Assembly (NCBI GenBank): GCA_004764695.1
Contig: SMSO01000034.1
Location: 1,116,001-1,180,000 of the forward strand
Length of the DNA: 64,000 nt
From: Schizochytrium sp. TIO01
Lineage: Eukaryota > Protista > Bigyra: Labyrinthulomycetes
Direction of reading: 5' to 3'
In this document: positions 57,361 to 64,000 of the stretch, piece by piece
Numbering within the stretch: the first letter of the stretch is position 1
Layout of the letters: every line of letters begins with the position of its first letter
Program-made: the position numbers and the translations under genes
Notes under the pieces: generated by a model
Seen by the model: the letters and a program-made list of their open reading frames with translations, nothing else
What the model was told of the DNA's origin: nothing
Database searches by the model: none

Positions 57361-58715
57361 TTAGATAGCGAGCGGTACAGACGATCCCGAAGAAGACGAA
57401 GATCCTGATGAAGAGGATGAATTAGCAGAGGAAGATGACAGACCAAAAGAAGAAGAAGAAGAAGAGGACGACGACGAAGAAGAAGAAGAAGAAGAAGAAG
57501 AAGACGAGGATGAAGAAGATGAGGTAGGAATCATAGCAGGGAAGACACCTGGGAAAACAACGGTTGCATTGGTTGAAGAGGGCACAGTGCTAAGGAGCAA
57601 CCCAATCTGTGTGTTCGACATGGACGGCTGAGTATGCGGATTCCGAGCAATACCATCAAAAAAGTGCATGATAGCAATAATGTAATCACGAAACCCATAT
57701 TCGTTCCTCGTAGCCCGGTTTGGAGGGCCACGAAGAAAGGTAAGGTATTGGCAGAGGCTCTGCTGAGCAAAGCCACTATCTGCACGAGCCAAGAGTTCAA
57801 AATTGTGCTGAAATGTTGGTAGAATCTCCGTCAGAATGACCTGTGCTGCATCTTCTGTCTCAATGTCATCATTGTTTACATCCTCAATCACAGATAGGAT
57901 CTCCGCCACTTGCTCACCCAAGTAGCGCTCCAAGCCTAGAATTGCATCTCGTTGACAACGTGCATTTTTGTACTTTGCAGTTGCATGGAAAGCTTCCACA
58001 ACACTTTGTCGCTTAGCTGCTACTGGTGCCATGGCGCCCTTCATCTGCGACATTGTATTCGCTCGAGCTACTGCCTTCCTAGCAGGAGCGCAGCACGGCT
58101 TGGTGCAAATTCCTACTCTGCCCTTGAACTTTTGCTGGTTGCCCTTGGCTGCATTTTCTCGGTCAAGTATCTCCATCACTTGTTTGTCGAGTCTTTTGAG
58201 GTCCTCCAAAGGAACTGTGAGTCTTGTGAGTGGGTCTTTAAAGTCTCCTGCCGCAATCATGTAGTCCGCTAGCGAGACGGCATCATATTGGCCCTTGGTA
58301 CCATTCGGTCGCCTCAGTTCAAATAGGCGATCCTCTGCGATTACCTCGAGCGTAATGGGGTCTCGCGGCTTGGCATCCTCCTCCTCCTGCATCCGTTGCA
58401 TCCTCTCCAGTTTTGCTGCAGACCTCGTCCGCGGGGCAAGGGGTTTGGTGTCCTCGTCGTCCTCTTCTTGGTCATCAGCATCGCGCTCCTTATTTGCTAG
58501 TTTGCGACCCTTGCCACCAGCGCGACGCTTGCTTGGTCTGGCTGCAGAGAAGATCCCGCCCCCACCACTGCTCACGCGCGACCTCTTCCTCGTTCTTGCC
58601 GGGGAGGCCAGAGTGGTCGATGTTGCCGCGTTCGGCCCAGCAGCGCTCGGGCTTCCGCTCTCAGATCTTGCCCTGGAGCCTTGGTTTCCATCAATCAGTC
58701 GGTTCTCTGTTGCTG

Positions 58716-58746
<31 letters not shown>

Positions 58747-59040
58747 CCTTGCACCGCTCGGGGTTCTCCTAGCAGGCGCCGGGCTAAGTCTTGCACGAGT
58801 CCTGGATGCCACGGGCTGTTGCGCGGAACTGGGTCCCGTGAAGCGTCCTCTCGGAGACCTTGAGCGCCCTCTCGAGGTTGAAGATGCCGCCGCTTCTACC
58901 AAGGATGATGTTGCTGACGGGGAGAACGCCAGTCTTGGCTCCTCCACGTTTCCCTGGGTTCCCAGCGCTTCCATTGTCTGTGCAGGCGCGCCCGGCGTCT
59001 GCGATGTGGGTCTTCGTGAAGCGGACCGCGTGCGAGGCAT
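57361..59040 (-). CDS. Hypothetical protein with Ser/Arg-rich disordered N-terminus, U-box/RING-like central domain and poly-Ser tail, ~559 aa
   Basis: First ATG at 59040 (MPRTRSASRR) and NLS-like basic clusters (RTRKRSR, KRRAGGKGRK). DPITLE...F...YDAVSLADY....DFKDPLTR at ~58186-58362 resembles the U-box pattern DPIT...Y+R..I..W...DP.TR. Confidence 0.78.
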
Positions 59041-60684
59041 TGTGATTCGAGTTTGACTTCCTTCGCGATGTCTTATGGATTTGAATCGATTTGGTGCCTT
59101 AAATTTCAAAACAAAATGATAAATTATTTTGAAATTCAAAGACCGCAAAAATAGAACAGCAGACAGTTAATTAAACAACCCTCACAATCAATCAATCAAT
59201 CAAACCAACTCAATCAAGCCAAGCCAAGCCAAGCCAGGAAAGCAACCAGGCGGCGGGATTGAATAACGGCAACCGTTCGCGCTTTCCGCAGCCAACGGAG
59301 ACGAGTCCAGGCACTCCACGCAGCGACCGCAAGAGATGAGCAGGCTCGACGAAGCACCGGTTCTATACAGAGAGAGAGAGAGGTGTTCTCTTCAAGCGTT
59401 CCGTTCTCTCCAATCGTCTCGTCTGATCTCGTCTAATCTCGTTGCGAGCTACCAGGTTACCTTCTTTCTCTTCGCAGCCAGCTAGCTGTACGGAACGCTG
59501 CTCTGGCGGGAAGAGCTCGGCGGTGCTTTGCGGAGGCCTGGGGATCTTTCCTCCCCGTGGCCAGCTCAGCGAGAGAGCGAGCGAGCGAGAGAGCACTTGT
59601 GTAAGTATCAGCGGAAGTGGGATCGAAAAGTACAGATCCCTACCTACCTTGAGGAAAAAAAGAACACCCCGGAAGGCCCGCCCTCCTACTCAAAACCGTA
59701 GTAATCCGACCTGGTGCAGTAGGCCCCTGAGGCGCGCAGGGAAAGAACGAAAACTTGAAGAACGAAAGAACGAAAGAACGATTGTGTTCTTTTTGACCGG
59801 GCGACAGATAGGCGCAGAAGAGAGAGTGTTCTGTTGTTTAGGCCTGCGAGAAAGAACAGGATCAACTAACGAAGTGAGTTTTTAAAATGCGAATTTGAAT
59901 TGAAAACAAGCAACTCTTTCTTCTCTTCCCGACCAACTCTTGTCCTCCCTCCTCTGCGCGAAAGACCAAGGCGGCGCTGGGAGACGCAGGAACGCCTCTG
60001 CTGCGGCCTCCTGGGACCTTTGTCTCGAGCTTGGCCTGCCTGCTTGCCTGCCTGCCTGCTCGCTCGATCAGCTGGGTTGAAATTTGAATTTGGCCTGCTT
60101 TTGAAACAAAAGAAGATGCCAGAAAACGCGGAGAAGGCCCAGGAAACGGGGCCGAAGGGCCGCGCCAAAGCGCAGAAGCTGCCAGTGTCGTGTAGAGGGT
60201 CTCAAATATGCACCGGGACCTGCCGCCAGCGCGTCCTGCCCCCTGTCTGCTGCTCGCCGCCAGCGGGATGCGGGTATTCCTCGTCTGTAGAGGCGCCTCT
60301 CCAAAGAGCCTAGGCGGGTCTAGCGACTCCTACGCCCCTGCCTGCAAAGCGCGGTTAAGTTTGGAACGGAACGCAGAGAACGGAGGAACTTAAGGAACTT
60401 ACGGAACGTGTGGAACTTGCGAAACGCCTGGAAGGCACGAAAAGCGAGAGGAAGGAAACCCGGTTCCAGGGCGCAGAACTGAGCCCAAGATCGCGAGGAA
60501 CTCGGTTCGAGGTTTGCTCAGGGCCTCGGGCGAGGCACCGGAGCGGCGGGAGAGAGTGCAGGAGGAGCCGAGGGAAAAGGCCTGAGACGGCCGCCAGTTT
60601 TGGCTTTGCCGGGAGCCGCGGCTGGGCCTGCCGGGGCTGCGATGGGACAGCGGCGTGGGAAAAAATTGCGTCAATGGAGGCTGA

Positions 60685-60708
60685 TAATTAATTAATTAAT
60701 TAATTAAT
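60685..60708. repeat. (TAAT)n self-complementary microsatellite
   Basis: taattaattaattaattaattaat inside an otherwise GC-rich region. Confidence 0.85.
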
Positions 60709-61338
60709 CAGGGCGAAGGAGGAGCGACCTGAGCAACCGCTGGAAAGGGGGCGCCACTGGGCCCGCGAGAGGGGCTGATTTCCAGTGGGGTGGGAGGTAA
60801 CTGGCGTGGGGTGGAGGAGAAAGGCGCCCTCCAGGCGTGAGGGGCGAAGCACGAGAGACAGAGACGCAAGAGGAGAAGGAAAATCTTGGTTCTGCGGCTA
60901 TCTTGAGGTCCAGGAGAAGTCCGCGGATCAACCGCCGGCTCCTCCTCAGACTAACTTGTTTCCCCGTGAGGGGGTGTCTTACCAGAGGGGCAAAGAGACC
61001 GCGAAAATTTCCCCATGTGGATCTCGCCCAGTGACGGGCTATTATGAATGGTAAGGTAAGTATCACCGATTATCCGACCAGCGGAGTTCCAGGTGTTCTA
61101 TCAGAGTGCTGCTTTTATTTAATGGTTTAACTTTTTGTGAAGATCATCATGATAAAGTTGCTGTAGGCAAGCAAGCAAGCATTCATCCTGCAAGTATCGA
61201 ACGCGGGGCGAAGACTCCTGCGACTGAGGAGAAAGGATTGACACAGAAGAGGTGGAGTTTAAGGCCAGGGAGGAAACCTCTTTGCTGCTGCTCGCTCCTT
61301 GAATAAGGCGTGTTGGTAGAGGCTGAAAAGAACACGAG

Positions 61339-61662
61339 ATGAGCTCTGAAGAGACTTCTTCTTCTCTGCAAGTGACGGCAGAGCCTCCAGCGCCAAAACC
61401 CCAGCCGAGGCTTTTGTGCAGGCGCTGCAAGGAGCACTTTTACCCTTCAGAGAATAACTCCCAAGCATGTGCATTTCATACAGAGTCATGGAGTGGAGAA
61501 ACGGCGCAAAGGTGGCTCGAGCCCGGTGACATCAAAGACGGAGGGGTACAGCACTGGTTTTGGACGTGTTGTGGAGCACCGAACGCAGACAGCCTTGGGT
61601 GTGCGCGAGGACGTCATGCAACATATGATGAGGAACCAGGTGTATTGTACTCGCAGCAGTAA
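61339..61662 (+). CDS. Small Cys/His zinc-binding protein (CxxC...N...CxxH...WxCC...GC...H; Btk-motif-like), 107 aa
   Basis: CRRCKEHFYPSENNSQACAFH...WFWTCCGAPNADSLGCARGRH carries a conserved-looking set of eight Cys/His ligands. Confidence 0.78.
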   Translation: MSSEETSSSLQVTAEPPAPKPQPRLLCRRCKEHFYPSENNSQACAFHTESWSGETAQRWLEPGDIKDGGVQHWFWTCCGAPNADSLGCARGRHATYDEEPGVLYSQQ

Positions 61663-63201
61663 ATTTGTATGTGTGTCAGGATTATGCAGACCTCACTCTC
61701 ATCAACCATAGAATTACAATTATTAAGATTGACCTGCACACACGATCTTAACTTTTCACGTATGCGTATTTATTATTTTAGGCATGTCTTGCTTTGGAAG
61801 TGAGTTTTTACAGTGAGACTGGACAAGGACATTTCAAATTTGTGGCCATTCCTGCTTTTTCCTCTCTCTAAAAATAATCTGAACTTGAAGGTTTCAGGGT
61901 TGACAAATATGTATATATATATATATTCTGTGGACATAGCCTTGATGCTTTGTGAGACTTAGTTTTAGTTCTTCTGTTTAGTGGAGAAGAAAGTTGGGAG
62001 AGAAGCTAGTAGTAGAACTTTGAAGGTTGAAGTGGTTACAAAATTTCCAATGCTTTGTTTGGGAATACATTGATGCAAAGGCGCGCACGCACGATGTCTC
62101 GTCAGACTTTACATGTTGAAAAATTCGGCAACTCCCTTTTGGTTGTTGTTATTATTTGTTCTTTATAATATAAAAATAAGACACCATTTTGTTTATCCTG
62201 CTTCCTACTGTTTGATATTTAACATTCTGGGTCATCCATTGATGTACTACTCTTTTTCATAGCTCCAACCCAGTTCAAACTTTCTGTGGGATGACTGTAT
62301 CCTGGTGATGACTTATGATCACCACAAAAGTTGTGGGGAAGAGCTTTTTCTTTTTTCTAGTTTTGATCAAGAAGAGCAACTCAACATTCAAAATTGCATC
62401 TTGCTTCAGGATAGTAACTATAGTTTTTTTGTTTTTGTTTTATGATTAATGAACTACCTCGTTATTGGAACACTTGGCACCAAAAGTTTCACTTCTTTTC
62501 TTCCTTCCTTTTTTCATTAAAAAGCCAAAACAGCATAAAAAGAAAATTGAAAACCTCTCTTCCTTACATTTTTCTTTCCTATTTCTGAAGACATGTACAA
62601 TTCTCTGTCTGGATGCTCACCGTGAAGACATTGCCTTATTCGCTCGAGCTTGTCCGTGCTCAATTGAACTCATTTGGTGTATTTTCTAGCCCCTTTACTA
62701 AAATTGAACCAGATTATGTCCATTTCGTTTTTCTAATCCAAGTGACTCTACTAGAACCTACTATTTAACTATTATTGCCTTCTTATAGACATCCTAAGAG
62801 AAAACAGTCGAGGGAAAGATACCTTTACTACGCGTATATAGAACTAACGCTAAGCAACCTCTGTGGACGGTGGTGATCATCATCGCTTCTGATGAAATGA
62901 TACACCACCTCATTTAGGTTCTCCAGGTCCGCATCGTTTTCTCCGGCTCAACTTAAGAATGAATTCTTGAGCTGTGAGTCTTCACACGGAATGGCGTCAG
63001 GCTAGTGCCCATGTTCGAGGTAGTCGTGGCCCGTAATGTGATCCAAGTTCGGATTAAAAAATATATATATCATTTAGTGGCACTAGAATCAAGAACAATA
63101 AAGGACAACAAATCAATCGACCGATCAATCGACTTCAAAGCCCGTTCAAAACGGCAGCTTCCCGCGGGCCACCAAGGGCTCCCGCGCCACTCAGCAGCAA
63201 C

Positions 63202-64000
63202 ATGGACAAGACGTCGCCCACCAGTGCTCCCGCGGGTAGTTTTGGCGGCTCGGACGGTGGTAACGGTGACCGCAGTCGCCGCCACGGTGGTGCAAACGAA
63301 AGCTTTCGTGACGACCAAGTCCAGGATGACGGACAACTGGGATCTCAAAAGGCAGCTGAGAATGCTGCTTGGAGTCACTGGTCCACGGATAATGGCGCCG
63401 GTGGCATGCAGGGCGCGACAAGGAGCTCTGCACGCAGCGTTGGCACGATTCTAGAGTCGGGACACCCGTACAGCGCAGCCCTAATGCCGATGCTATTTCG
63501 AGGTAAAGTACCTGAGGCCAGAGGGAGATTGCATACCGATGGACTGCGACATGAGCACGATGAGGCCATCCGTTCGGCCCGGAGACCAAGGTCAACCTCA
63601 TGGGACCATGCACTGAAGAAAAAGAAGCGTCGCGAGTCGATCAAATTCGACTTTGACATTCTCACTCGAACTAACTTTCGTCTCGATGAGGATCACAAGG
63701 TTCACATTCCCGATGATGATGACGAAGATGAAAATCAGGTTGATGGTTCTCAAGGTGCAGTTAACGAAGATGATAAAGACATCGTTACACTCGAGGAAGG
63801 CGTTGATGAAGACGAGGACAACAATCTTGAAAAATCTAACGCTATGAATGAGGATCGCTATGAATATGCAGTCGATGTAGAAAGCGCATACGCTCGCCAT
63901 GGTAGTGATGGGGTGCGATCTGTAGAATCCCCACGAGCCGTCACCCGGGCCTCAAGTCTTGGTAGCACTAGTAGCGAGATTATTGCAGAATTACAGCCTG
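63202..64000 (+). CDS. 5' part of a hypothetical protein running off the window end (>=266 codons)
   Basis: Manual translation from the ATG at 63202 (MDKTSPTSAPAGSFGG...ALKKKKRRESIKFDFDIL...DDDDEDENQ...EIIAELQP) has no stop before 64000. It is absent from the ORF track because it lacks a stop. Confidence 0.8.
   Translation, partial: MDKTSPTSAPAGSFGGSDGGNGDRSRRHGGANESFRDDQVQDDGQLGSQKAAENAAWSHWSTDNGAGGMQGATRSSARSVGTILESGHPYSAALMPMLFRGKVPEARGRLHTDGLRHEHDEAIRSARRPRSTSWDHALKKKKRRESIKFDFDILTRTNFRLDEDHKVHIPDDDDEDENQVDGSQGAVNEDDKDIVTLEEGVDEDEDNNLEKSNAMNEDRYEYAVDVESAYARHGSDGVRSVESPRAVTRASSLGSTSSEIIAELQP

Noticed and set aside
63005-63454. 149-aa plus-strand ORF in the track
   Set aside because: An alternative frame overlapping the longer open frame that starts at 63202.

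Overview
Eukaryotic, intron-poor genomic DNA. It has single-exon genes, long intergenic tracts rich in tetranucleotide microsatellites, and a mitochondrial-type DLST with extreme codon bias. The overall style suggests a stramenopile protist such as a thraustochytrid, but that is inference. About 15 protein genes are supportable: a CS-domain protein, a TMX-like membrane thioredoxin, two convergent diacylglycerol kinase paralogs with MGC N-termini, two low-complexity Pro/His-rich paralogs between them sharing an N-terminal RYRGTWxPS motif, a protein with two degenerate TIR-like modules, a FYVE-GRAM-myotubularin, a Gal-3-O-sulfotransferase-like protein, a LamG plus coiled-coil protein, a fatty-acid hydroxylase/sterol desaturase, DLST, a U-box-like protein, a small Cys/His zinc-binding protein, and a 3'-truncated ORF at the right edge that the ORF track missed. 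Manual cross-frame translation of the intergenic DNA suggests several decayed fossils. These are a Ty1/copia integrase-RT relic (~14.6-15.2 kb), a P-loop NTPase pseudogene upstream of the TIR-like gene (~21.5-22.5 kb), a tyrosine-recombinase relic (~49.0-49.56 kb) and a LINE-type endonuclease fragment (~55.9-56.1 kb). No rRNA, confident tRNA or CRISPR array was seen. All family assignments come from motif recognition by eye, not from database searches.
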